From contig OX597815.1 in NCBI GenBank assembly GCA_951406725.2, positions 116,374,001 to 116,438,000 of the forward strand: a stretch of DNA of 64,000 nucleotides, in the 5' to 3' direction. Both the position numbers and the translations under genes were made by a program. This DNA comes from Octopus vulgaris (taxonomy: Eukaryota). The notes under the pieces were generated by a model that worked only from the letters and a program-made list of their open reading frames with translations, did no database searches and was not told the DNA's origin. This document shows, one piece after another, positions 1-10,047 of the stretch. The stretch's first letter is position 1, and each line of letters begins with the position of its first letter.

Positions 1-620
1 CCGGCACAAACTGTTAGCGGCCGGTCAGACACCTGTGTTTATTGACTTTTCTCTCCTCTGCGTTACGGGCAGCGACACCAAAGTTTGCAGCTGATACAGC
101 AAGGTTGGAACCGGAGAACATGTTGCTGAACGTCGCATCCCAGACTAGAGATCTGCCTCCCTCGAATGGGAAGAATGTAATTCTGTCGGAGTGCTTACCG
201 CCCCCTTAGGTTTAGACCTGCTGGCTCCAGCTGAGACGAGAAGCAGCCGCGTCAAAGTCCCTTCTGGTTATGTCTTTCAGAGCGGCGTGTCGGAGGAAAA
301 CGAGTCGCGCTAAGGCTGCAGGATAATTAATGCAGGCCGAATCCAACTACTACTGACAGTTGTGCGGTTCATATACGCGGAGACCGAGGTGATGGGCCAC
401 TCCAATGCGAGTGCATTCATCATGTAGAAGGATACCGGAAGATGAGACGGGCACCGAATTGAGCTATGCGTCGCTATTTGGCTGCGAGGTGGAATGGAAG
501 CAGGCAAGGTGGTGCTGTCTCTAACCGCTTGAAGGTAGACTTGCATCTGATGTCATCCCAGTTACGCTGGGTATTTGTATTCTGGCAGAGAAGTTCTCTT
601 TGAACTCCTATGCATTATGA
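1..620 (-). mobile_element. Degenerate CRE-clade non-LTR retrotransposon, C-terminal zinc-knuckle/restriction-like endonuclease region (runs off window start)
   Basis: Manual minus-strand translation across frameshifts: TQRNWDDI...SQPNSDA*LNSVPVSSSGILLHDECTRIGVAHHLGLRVYEPHNC...GLH*LSCS...HAALKDITRR...LEPAGLN...DRITFFPFEGGRSLVWDAT...AARNAEERKVNKH...FVP. This matches the CRE RLE domain pattern. Confidence 0.8.
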
Positions 621-897
621 TCTGAAATGTAAGATCTTCTTTACCCTGATGATTTATCCAATGTTGATTACCGCCATGACGGCCGCATATTTTGATGAAC
701 TACAACATTAAGATGGATCTCGGAGCCCCCAGAAACACTTATAACACCTTTCTTCCTCCCTTTTAATTTTCTCTGTCGCTTGTACTCTGTGTAAGTTGGA
801 TCTATTAATATAAATATCTGTATATTTATGCTTAAATATTTATCGTCTGAGAGTCTCCACCTTTTGCTTTCTCTCGTTTTGCATGTATCTGTATATG

Positions 898-1483
898 CTA
901 GCAGCTTAGCCCGGTTTCACCCGGTCGGTTTGGATGATGTGGCTGTAAAACCTGTTCTGTGTAAGCATTCGACTTGTTTGAGCACGCTTACGTTAAAAAA
1001 CAATTCTAGAATTACTTTTTTCTGTCAAAACGCTAAGAATAGCTGACCAACAAAAAAACAACAACCAAGATTCAACCAAATCAAAAAATAAACCCAAATA
1101 TTAAACGAACAAAGATGAACCATCCCACTTCCATTGCGCGCACGCACGCACGCACACACACACACACATTCACATACCCCCTTTTACATACACACACATA
1201 TATTCACACAGAGTTTAAACGCTGTTTGATTTATTTTTTCAGCGTACAATTTTCGTCATCCCACTACCAAGTATGACATCACCCCTTCCTTTCTCATCCA
1301 TAAACACAAGAGTATTATTACAGTAGGTTATCTCGGTAACCATGGCAGCTATGAAAAAAATAGTCCAGCATCACCACCGGATCATTCTACACATTTGTAA
1401 TTTTTTGCGCAATTCCACCCAGCTGTCTGACCGTGAATCCCAAGACAAGAAAGAATCGCCCATGTCAAATTTATATGTATAGA
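898..1483 (-). mobile_element. Non-autonomous Helitron-like element
   Basis: On the minus strand it starts TCTATACATATAAATT and ends with hairpin CCGGGTGAAACCGG followed by CTAG (898-901); internal (CA)n. Confidence 0.55.
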
Positions 1484-1577
1484 AAAAATATATATATATA
1501 CGTTTTGTATTTTATACCCAAACTGTCATATTTAATATATCTAATTTGTTCATCTGCATAATCCCCACCTCTCTCTG

Positions 1578-1619
1578 TATACATACATACATACATACAT
1601 ACATACATACATACATACA

Positions 1620-1650
<31 letters not shown>

Positions 1651-1680
1651 GTGCATGCATACATATATACATACATACAT
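1578..1680. repeat. (TACA)n microsatellite
   Basis: Direct tetranucleotide array. Confidence 0.95.
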
Positions 1681-1689
1681 ACTTTGCAT

Positions 1690-1964
1690 ATTCTTCCTAG
1701 GCAAGGTTGTTTATGGAAGATCAGCAGTCACCCATGCATACCGACCCCGCCTCTCCACGCCACCAATGTTATCCAAGGGAAAGCAAAGGCCGATACCGCT
1801 TGGCATCAGTGACGCCGTAACTCATTTCTATAGCTGGTGTGAACTGGAGCAACATAAAATAAAGTGTCTTGTTGAAGATCACAACACGTAACCCAGTCCA
1901 TGAATCGAACTCACAACCTCACGATTATAAGCCCGACGCTCTAACCACTGAGTTATGCGCCTTC
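1690..1964 (-). mobile_element. tRNA-derived SINE (CORE-type)
   Basis: Minus-strand head GGCGCATAACTCAGTGGTTAGAGCG (A box)...GAGTTCGATTC (B box), then CORE-like TTCAACAAGACACTTTA. Related copies at ~21740-22070(-), 34265-34500(+), 41368-41605(+), 49760-50040(-). Confidence 0.8.
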
Positions 1965-2021
1965 ACACACGTGCGCGCGCACACACGCACACATACATAC
2001 ACACACACAACACACAAATAT

Positions 2022-2066
<45 letters not shown>

Positions 2067-2143
2067 TTGAGTTGTGGGGTATCGCACGAGTGGGATTATA
2101 TAAGAAAAAAGGTTTGAAAATGCAATTTAAACGATGTTTATTT

Positions 2144-2184
2144 ACTTAACCGGTTTCACTCTTTGGTAAAAGATTGTCAAAAGT
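2144..2184 (-). ncRNA. Hammerhead ribozyme-like motif (minimal type I, U3-A8 variant), left-arm copy
   Basis: Exact reverse complement of 7578-7618. Confidence 0.6.
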
Positions 2185-2204
2185 TACATTTAAGGAAACA
2201 TTGA

Positions 2205-2428
2205 ATAATATGGGTTCAAAAAAAGTTTTTTACATAATTGTCACATTGAATATTATGCATTCAAAAAAGTTTTTTACATAATTGTCACATTGGATATTAT
2301 GGGTTCAAAAAAAGTTTTTTACATAATTGTCACATTGAATATTATGCATTCAAAAAAGTTTTTTACATAATTGTCACATTGGATATTATGAATTCAAAAA
2401 TGTTTTTTTATACATAATTGTCACATTA
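2205..2428. repeat. ~39-bp tandem repeat x5-6 inside the pLTR (mirror at ~7337-7558)
   Basis: Unit AAAAAAGTTTTTTACATAATTGTCACATTG(A/G)ATATTATG(CA/GG)TTC with alternating variants. Confidence 0.9.
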
Positions 2429-3427
2429 TTTGGGAAAATTTGGCAGAAAAGGATAAAACAAATATATTATTGGGAATTGGTTGCGTTAATTATTGGTTGT
2501 CGCAAATTGTCACATTACATGTATATATATACAATCTTTGGTATATATATACAGCGTTTTGACAGCAAAAATTAAAATGGATTTTTTGTCCATCTCAGAA
2601 TATTTTAAGTATGTTTTTACTGACCTGTTAGTATTAGCAGAAAGGCTGAACTGAGAGAACAGAAGTAGCCAATGTGGTGTATACTTCCCCTTTATGCATG
2701 AATGATTTTGGGGTTATCAGGAGGTTAGTATGCGGGTGTGAATAGATGTGTCCGTGCCTGCTGGTCAGACAGCGTCTGTTTGTCACACACATATATATAC
2801 ACACAAACACACACACACACAACAACACACACACACACACACATAGTATACAAACACAAACCACATACAGACAAACACACACACACACAGAACACACACA
2901 CCCACACACAACGCACCCACATATATCACATATATACACAGCACACAAATATAACATGTATCTATATATAATATCCACAGATATATAACACACATACACA
3001 CACACACACACAACACACGCACACATACATACATAATATAAATATCACACAAATACACCTAGCATATATATATATACACATACAATACACACATACAGCA
3101 TGTAAGTAATATACATACACAATATATGCATGCAATATACATACGCAATACATACATACAATATATATATATATAGACAATGCATATACATATATACACA
3201 TATACATATAAATAGTGTTTACATACACATACATAGATGTACCACATATACACACAACACACATACATACAATGCATACACATACACGTACGCATACATA
3301 TAATATATATATACACACACACACACATAACATACATACACACACAATGCATACATATATATACACGCAATGCATATACATGTATTCATGCACATATAGC
3401 ACACCTACAATATAGCACACCTACAAT

Positions 3428-5529
3428 ACAGAGGAATTTTTTGACAGAAAAACTAATAATAACGACGAATCAATGGTCTGTAACAAAAGCAACTATAATC
3501 CCATAAAAGGCAAAAACAAAACCTTAGACAAATTTTGCGATTACATCTCCAACTTCCCTTATGGTGAACTCCCACAACCTAAACTCAAACCCAACACCAG
3601 TAAAAGAGAATGGGAAATCATCCATACACTACGAGACAATCATGACGTCACAATAAAGGAAGCTGATAAGGGTAGTACGGTCGTTGTTATGAATACTGAG
3701 CAATATAAAAACTCTGTATCTCTCCTTTTAGAGGATACCACATACTACGAAAGAGTAGTCGACTACCAGCAATCCAAAACAATGACCAATCTGAAGGCAC
3801 TCATTTACCAACACCGGAATGACTTGACAGCAAAGGAATGCGACTACATTACTAAATTTAATTGCAAAACCAGCACACTCTATGGCCTTCCAAAAATACA
3901 CAAGAGTCAAATTATCACAGAAGCTTGCAAAAAGTCCACTTCAACCTGCATCACTATACCACATCCCACTAATCTCAAACTGAGACCAATAGTGGCAGGC
4001 CCAAGTTGTGAAACACACAGACTTAGCAACTTTATAGATATCATCTTAAAGCCAATACTGAAACACATTCCAAGTATTGTAAGAGATGACCTGGACCTAT
4101 TAAACCATCTCCCCAAACATGCCGATAAAGACACCTTAATCGTTTCTTTTGATGTTATTAATCTTTACACCACAATCCCACATGAATTTGGACTGGAAGC
4201 CATTAAATTCTGGCTGGATAAATATCCCAATGAGATCCCGGAAAGAATTAAAAAAGAATTCATAATTGAGGGCCTCAAATTTATTCTGCAAAACAACTTC
4301 ATGTATTTCCACAACAACACTTACAGACAGGTCTCAGGGACTGCAATGGGTACGAAAGTTGCACCTACCTATGCAAACCTGGTGATGGCCTACCTGGAAT
4401 CACATATCTATGAAAAATCCAAATATAAGTACGGCCAGTCTTTCCACAAATACCTGTTGGAGAACTGGAAACGCTACTTAGATGATTGCCTCATCCTATG
4501 GTCCCACACACTCGACCAACTTATAGACTTCAAAAACCTTATCAACAGTGTAAATAACAACATTCAATTCACAATGGAATATAGTCAGGACCAACTCCCT
4601 TTTCTTGACATCCTAATCATTAAAAAAGGCGTCAACATTGAAACTGACATCCATTACAAACCCACTGACTCTAAACAATACCTTCTATTCACCTCCAATC
4701 ACCCAAAACACACAAAGACAAATATCCCCTTCAACCTAGCGAGAAGAATCTGCACTATTGTCTCAAATGACACAACACGAAATAGAAGACTCCGGGAACT
4801 AAGGGCAATTCTTCTCGAAAGACATTACCCGGCATCACTAGTAGACAACGGAATAGAACGGGCCAAATCAATCAACATTCAAGACCTTCGAAAACCCAAA
4901 CACATCCACAGTACAGTCAATAGCCTCCCTTATCTCTCAACACACAACCCAAGGAATGCAGAAGCTTACACTATTATATACAACAACATTCCACAACTAA
5001 ATCAAGACCCACGCCTGAAAAAAATACTGGCAGCTCATAAAATAATAAAAAGTAAGAGACAACCTAAATCCCTAAAAACCTCCTCACCAACGCAAAATTA
5101 CACAACACAAACCCACCGCCCACCATCAAAAAATGTGGTCGCCCCAACTGTAAGACCTGCATCCACCTCATTGAGGGATCGTCGTACAAGTTCCACTCGG
5201 GACACACATTCATCATAAAAAATAACTTCACGTGCGCATCAAAAAATTTACTCTACGTCATAAGGTGTGAAGGATGCCACGAAGACTACATAGGGCAAAC
5301 GAGCCTTACCCTCAGAGACAGAATGACAGTTCACCGACAACAACTGAGGGACCCCTCCACAAGACAGATACCACTAAGTGGACACTTAGACCTTTGTGCA
5401 CACAATAAGTCCCCCAAATTCTTAGTCTTCCCACTATACCAATGCTCGGACAACACCACAGACCAAACACGAATAAATAAGGAAAGTAATCTTATTCAAA
5501 AATACAGACCACAACTAAACATACTCTAA
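3428..5529 (+). CDS. PLE reverse transcriptase-GIY-YIG endonuclease polyprotein (5'-truncated; one 1-nt frameshift at the A-run 5074-5078)
   Basis: RT motifs IKEADKG, LYGLPKIHK, LRPIV, SFDVINLYT, YRQVSGTAMG, RYLDD, LPFLD, KPTD. After restoring one A the frame reads KKCGRPNCKTC...FTCASKNLLYVIRCEGCHEDYIGQT..LRDRMTVH...SGHL...KESNLIQKYRPQLNIL*, a GIY-YIG domain with the Neptune-like Cys linker. The frame is open upstream of ATG 3473 back to the junction. Confidence 0.93.
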
Positions 5530-5689
5530 CATACCCCCTGGAAGCACATCCAGAGCAAGCACACAGGGACGCGCGCACGCTCACAGCATATCGTGCGGGC
5601 GGGCACATGCGCGCATCGGCACGCATAGGACACACTAGCGGGCATTGACCGCACACATACGTGGCATGCACACGCATGCATTATATATA

Positions 5690-5897
5690 TGTAGGTGATA
5701 TATGTGTGTGTGTGTGTGTGTGTGCACTGTGTGCGTGTGTGTGTATATGTGTGTGTGCGCGCGTTGTATGTGTTTGTGTGTGTGCACGTGTGTATATATG
5801 TGTGTGTGTGTGTGCACTGTGTGCGGGTGTGTGTGTATGTGTGTGTGTGTGTGTGTGTGAGCATTGTATACGTGTGTATGTATTTACATATGTATCT

Positions 5898-5943
<46 letters not shown>

Positions 5944-6980
5944 TGCGTGTGTATATGCATGGTATGTGTGTATATGTTAGTACTTTGTTTGTGTGTATGT
6001 GCGGCATGTAGAGATATATTTGAGTGTGTACGCTATAGGTTTGTAATTTGTGTGTGTGGGGGGTGGTGAATTTTTTATATATATATGTGTGTGTGTATGT
6101 GTGTGAAAAAATATATGTATGTGCATGTATGTATGTATGTATGTGTGTATATATATATATATATATGTGTATATATATGTGTGTGTGTGTATGTGTGTGT
6201 GTGTATATTTATTTGCATGTTTATGTGTGTATAAACATGTACATTATTTGCATGCGCATTGTATATATGTATATTGTATGTATGTGTATTGGATATGTAC
6301 GTGTACAATTAAGTGTATATATTTGTGTGTATGTGTGCACTGTATATATGTATATTGTAGGTGTGCTATATGTGCATGAATACATGTATATGCATTGCGT
6401 GTATATATATGTATGCATTGTGTGTGTATGTATGTTATGTGTGTGTGTGTGTATATATATATTATATGTATGCGTACGTGTATGTGTATGCATTGTATGT
6501 ATGTGTGTTGTGTGTATATGTGGTACATCTATGTATGTGTATGTAAACACTATTTATATGTATATGTGTATATATGTATATGCATTGTCTATATATATAT
6601 ATATTGTATGTATGTATTGCGTATGTATATTGCATGCATATATTGTGTATGTATATTACTTACATGCTGTATGTGTGTATTGTATGTGTATATATATATA
6701 TGCTAGGTGTATTTGTGTGATATTTATATTATGTATGTATGTGTGCGTGTGTTGTGTGTGTGTGTGTGTATGTGTGTTATATATCTGTGGATATTATATA
6801 TAGATACATGTTATATTTGTGTGCTGTGTATATATGTGATATATGTGGGTGCGTTGTGTGTGGGTGTGTGTGTTCTGTGTGTGTGTGTGTTTGTCTGTAT
6901 GTGGTTTGTGTTTGTATACTATGTGTGTGTGTGTGTGTGTTGTTGTGTGTGTGTGTGTTTGTGTGTATATATATGTGTGT
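5690..6980 (+). repeat. Compound (TG)/(TA) alternating purine-pyrimidine tract within the PLE 3' UTR
   Basis: ~1.3 kb imperfect dinucleotide array; its distal part is duplicated in the inverted arm. Confidence 0.9.
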
Positions 6981-7657
6981 GACAAACAGACGCTGTCTGA
7001 CCAGCAGGCACGGACACATCTATTCACACCCGCATACTAACCTCCTGATAACCCCAAAATCATTCATGCATAAAGGGGAAGTATACACCACATTGGCTAC
7101 TTCTGTTCTCTCAGTTCAGCCTTTCTGCTAATACTAACAGGTCAGTAAAAACATACTTAAAATATTCTGAGATGGACAAAAATCCATTTTAATTTTTGCT
7201 GTCAAAACGCTGTATATATATACCAAAGATTGTATATATATACATGTAATGTGACAATTTGCGACAACCAATAATTAACGCAACCAATTCCCAATAATAT
7301 ATTTGTTTTATCCTTTTCTGCCAAATTTTCCCAAATAATGTGACAATTATGTATAAAAAAACATTTTTGAATTCATAATATCCAATGTGACAATTATGTA
7401 AAAAACTTTTTTGAATGCATAATATTCAATGTGACAATTATGTAAAAAACTTTTTTGAACCCATAATATCCAATGTGACAATTATGTAAAAAACTTTTTT
7501 GAATGCATAATATTCAATGTGACAATTATGTAAAAAACTTTTTTGAACCCATATTATTCAATGTTTCCTTAAATGTAACTTTTGACAATCTTTTACCAAA
7601 GAGTGAAACCGGTTAAGTAAATAAACATCGTTTAAATTGCATTTTCAAACCTTTTTT

Positions 7658-7665
<8 letters not shown>
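6351..7665 (+). repeat. Right arm of 1.32 kb inverted repeat (3' pLTR)
   Basis: Reverse complement of 2097-3414. Confidence 0.97.
7578..7618 (+). ncRNA. Hammerhead ribozyme-like motif (minimal type I, U3-A8 variant)
   Basis: ACUU-UUGACAA-[UCUUU UACC AAAGA]GU-GAAA-C CG G-UU-AAGU: stem I ACUU/AAGU, stem II hairpin, palindromic stem III. It lies ~45 nt from the PLE 3' end, as is typical for PLE hammerheads. Confidence 0.6.
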
Positions 7666-7694
<29 letters not shown>

Positions 7695-7912
7695 CAAAAC
7701 AGGCTTTTAAAAACCCCAATTATTTACTGGTAGAATTCGGTATGTAAATGTAATGCGCATGGCAAAATTTTGGAGGGAAGATTTATGAATTCAAACGTCT
7801 ATGTAGGTTTAGCTTTTGCTCACTTTCTTCAAATATTTTGATGTCGCATGGTCAGAAGGTTTGAGGTACGTAGCATTTGATAAATCTATGATAAATCTTT
7901 TTCAATGGAAAG

Positions 7913-8025
7913 CTGTGCTGAAGAAGGATGTGAAATATATATGCAATGTATATGAAATATATATCAAAAATATATATGGAATATATATTCAATATGTTTA
8001 TAATCCAGAAACATGATGTTCACAG
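7913..8025 (+). ncRNA. Type I hammerhead ribozyme with long AT-rich stem II, unit 1
   Basis: CUGUG-CUGAAGA-A-GGAU..(~75 nt)..AUCC-A-GAAA-CA UGA UG-UU-CACAG: stem I CUGUG/CACAG, canonical core, GUU triplet. Confidence 0.75.
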
Positions 8026-8556
8026 ATAACCGCCAGACTTCGTATTCGTTATCTATTCCTTCTGTTTTGCATATGTGAATTACAGGGTCTGTCATGCCCG
8101 GAGTCCAACTTTGATAGAAATAAGCATTCTTGACTGCTATTTCTATTTTTTCGGTATGCGGTCAAGCAACCTGTTTTGCCTGTCCCTTTTTCTTATATAC
8201 AATATATATACTGAACTTTACAGAAGTTCCTGCCGGTAATCGGCTATATTTACATACCGAATTCTACCAGTAAATAATTGGGTTTTTTTTAAAAGACTTT
8301 ATAGAAATTATTTACTCTTATTATTATATTACTATTTGGATTTTTCACTCCCTTTGACAACCTAATTGTTCCCCATCTTATGGAACTATTTTTGTAATGC
8401 GCATGGCAAAATTTTGGAGGGAAGATTTATGAATTCAAACGTCTATGTAGGTTTAGCTTTTGCTCACTTTCTTCAAACATTTTGATGTCGCATGGTCAGA
8501 AGGTTTGAGGTACGTAGCATTTGATAAATCTATGATAAATCTTTTTCAATGGAAAG

Positions 8557-8669
8557 CTGTGCTGAAGAAGGATGTGAAATATATATGCAATGTATATGAA
8601 ATATATATCAAAAATATATATGGAATATATATTCAATATGTTTATAATCCAGAAACATGATGTTCACAG
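8557..8669 (+). ncRNA. Type I hammerhead ribozyme with long AT-rich stem II, unit 2
   Basis: Identical to 7913-8025. Confidence 0.75.
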
Positions 8670-8968
8670 ATAACCGCCAGACTTCGTATTCGTTATCTAT
8701 TCCTTCTGTTTTGCATATGTGAATTACAGGGTCTGTCATGCCCGGAGTCCAACTTTGATAGAAATAAGCATTCTTGACTGCTATTTCTATTTTTTCGGTA
8801 TGCGGTCAAGCAACCTGTTTTGCCTGTCCCTTTTTCTTATATACAATATATATACTGAACTTTACAGAAGTTCCAGCCGGTAATCGGCTATATTTACATA
8901 CCGAATTCTACCAGTAAATAATTGGGTTTTTTTTAAAAGCCTTTATAGAAATTATTTACTCTTATTAT

Positions 8969-9018
<50 letters not shown>

Positions 9019-9021
<3 letters not shown>

Positions 9022-10047
9022 TCCCGTTTGCGCCGTGAACAGGAATTAATCTTCTCTCTTCGCTCTTATACGCCATTTGGTCTCAACTCTCCCCCCTCCT
9101 CATCTAACCCCCTCCCCCTCCTCACCTATCCTTTTCCCCCGACCCCTACTTCTTCAGTCCTTCATCCTTTCACCCCTACTCCCCTTCCCTTCTTCCCTCT
9201 TTCTCCCTCCCTCTTCCCCTTCCCTCTGCTCCCTCACTCCCCTTCTCTCTCCCCCTCTCCCTCTTTCCTCCTTCATCCCCCTCCTTCTCCCCCATCCTCT
9301 CCTCTCCCCCCTTCTCCTCCCCCTCTTATTCCTCTCCCCCTTCTCCCCTCCCCTCCCCTCTTCTCCTCACTACACCACATGACTTTACACATCACATCAC
9401 ATATGATGTGCCATACTAATACACACACCAACTAGTACATACTAATACGTACTAATACATACTAGTACATACTAATACTTACACCAACCCTATACATACA
9501 CACGTCCAGACCCCGCATACGCACTTATACTCTCTCACACACACACACACACACCTATACATACCAATACGTACTAATACATACTAATACATACTAATAC
9601 ATACACCAACCCCATACATACGCACGTCCAGACCAATCTTACGCACTAATACTCTCTCATACACACACACACACACCCTTATACATACTAATACATACAC
9701 CAACCCTATACATACACACATCCAGACCCCTCCCACGCACTTTTAGCTGGTCCCTCAACCCTTTTATCAACCCTATTATCTCCCCTTATTTCGCTCTCGC
9801 GTCTCATGTTTGTGTTTTGACCTCTGGCCGAAATCAGATCGCCATGTTGATTCGTTAGCTACTGCACGCATTTTTTTCTCTCCTTCTTTCTGTGTTTTTC
9901 TCTCTCTGTGTATCTTTCTGTTGAAGAGCGTAGGCTCGAAACGTTAAAGACTTGTTTTATTTATATTTCCTGAGCGCCATACTAATACAATTGTTCGTTT
10001 GTTTTCCACCTGCCTTCGTCTTTTGTTTATTTTCATAAAGCTTCCCG
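9019..10047 (+). mobile_element. 5'-truncated PLE: GIY-YIG C-terminus plus 3' UTR/pLTR
   Basis: Begins DSRLRREQELIFSLRSYTPFGLN (typical PLE endonuclease end), then a polypyrimidine tract, ATACTAATAC repeats and a hammerhead-like motif; (TA)n on both sides. Confidence 0.8.
9913..9950 (+). ncRNA. Minimal hammerhead-like motif (A6U core variant)
   Basis: UCUUU-CUGUUGA-A-GAGC GUAG GCUC-GAAA-CG-UU-AAAGA: stem I UCUUU/AAAGA and a loop-less palindromic stem III. Confidence 0.65.

Larger units (their letters stand above)
2097..3414 (-). repeat. Left arm of 1.32 kb inverted repeat (inverted pLTR)
   Basis: Reverse complement of 6351-7665. Mirrored ORFs are identical (2634..3026- vs 6739..7131+; 3059..3370- vs 6395..6706+). 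Only a few homopolymer-length differences seen. Confidence 0.97.
2061..7665 (+). mobile_element. Penelope-like retroelement (Neptune-type), 5'-truncated, with an inverted copy of its 3' pseudo-LTR at the 5' end
   Basis: RT+GIY-YIG ORF flanked by ~1.32 kb inverted repeats; (TA)n on both sides; hammerhead-like motif near each terminus. Confidence 0.93.
7691..8972 (+). mobile_element. Non-coding PLE-derived tandem pLTR (retrozyme-like): two head-to-tail 644-bp units plus a short inverted leader
   Basis: Unit 1 is 7749-8392 and unit 2 is 8393-~8970 (ORFs 7816 and 8460 are offset by 644 and near identical). Each unit has a hammerhead; both flanks are (TA)n. Confidence 0.8.

Noticed and set aside
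2205-2428. CRISPR-like array
   Set aside because: Contiguous tandem units with no unique spacers, no cas genes, eukaryotic context.
1471-7131. Dozens of C/V/Y/M- or H/T/I/Y-rich ORFs (also at 35-36 kb, 38.7 kb, 50 kb, 55.7 kb)
   Set aside because: They are translations of TG/CA/TA/GA microsatellites.
2097-7665. DNA transposon or Polinton with long TIRs
   Set aside because: The enclosed ORF is a PLE RT+GIY-YIG, not a transposase, integrase or polB; the arms are the element's own 3' UTR.
7816-8660. Duplicated 66-aa ORF
   Set aside because: It has a TTG start, overlaps the hammerhead and AT-rich stem, and shows no recognisable domain.
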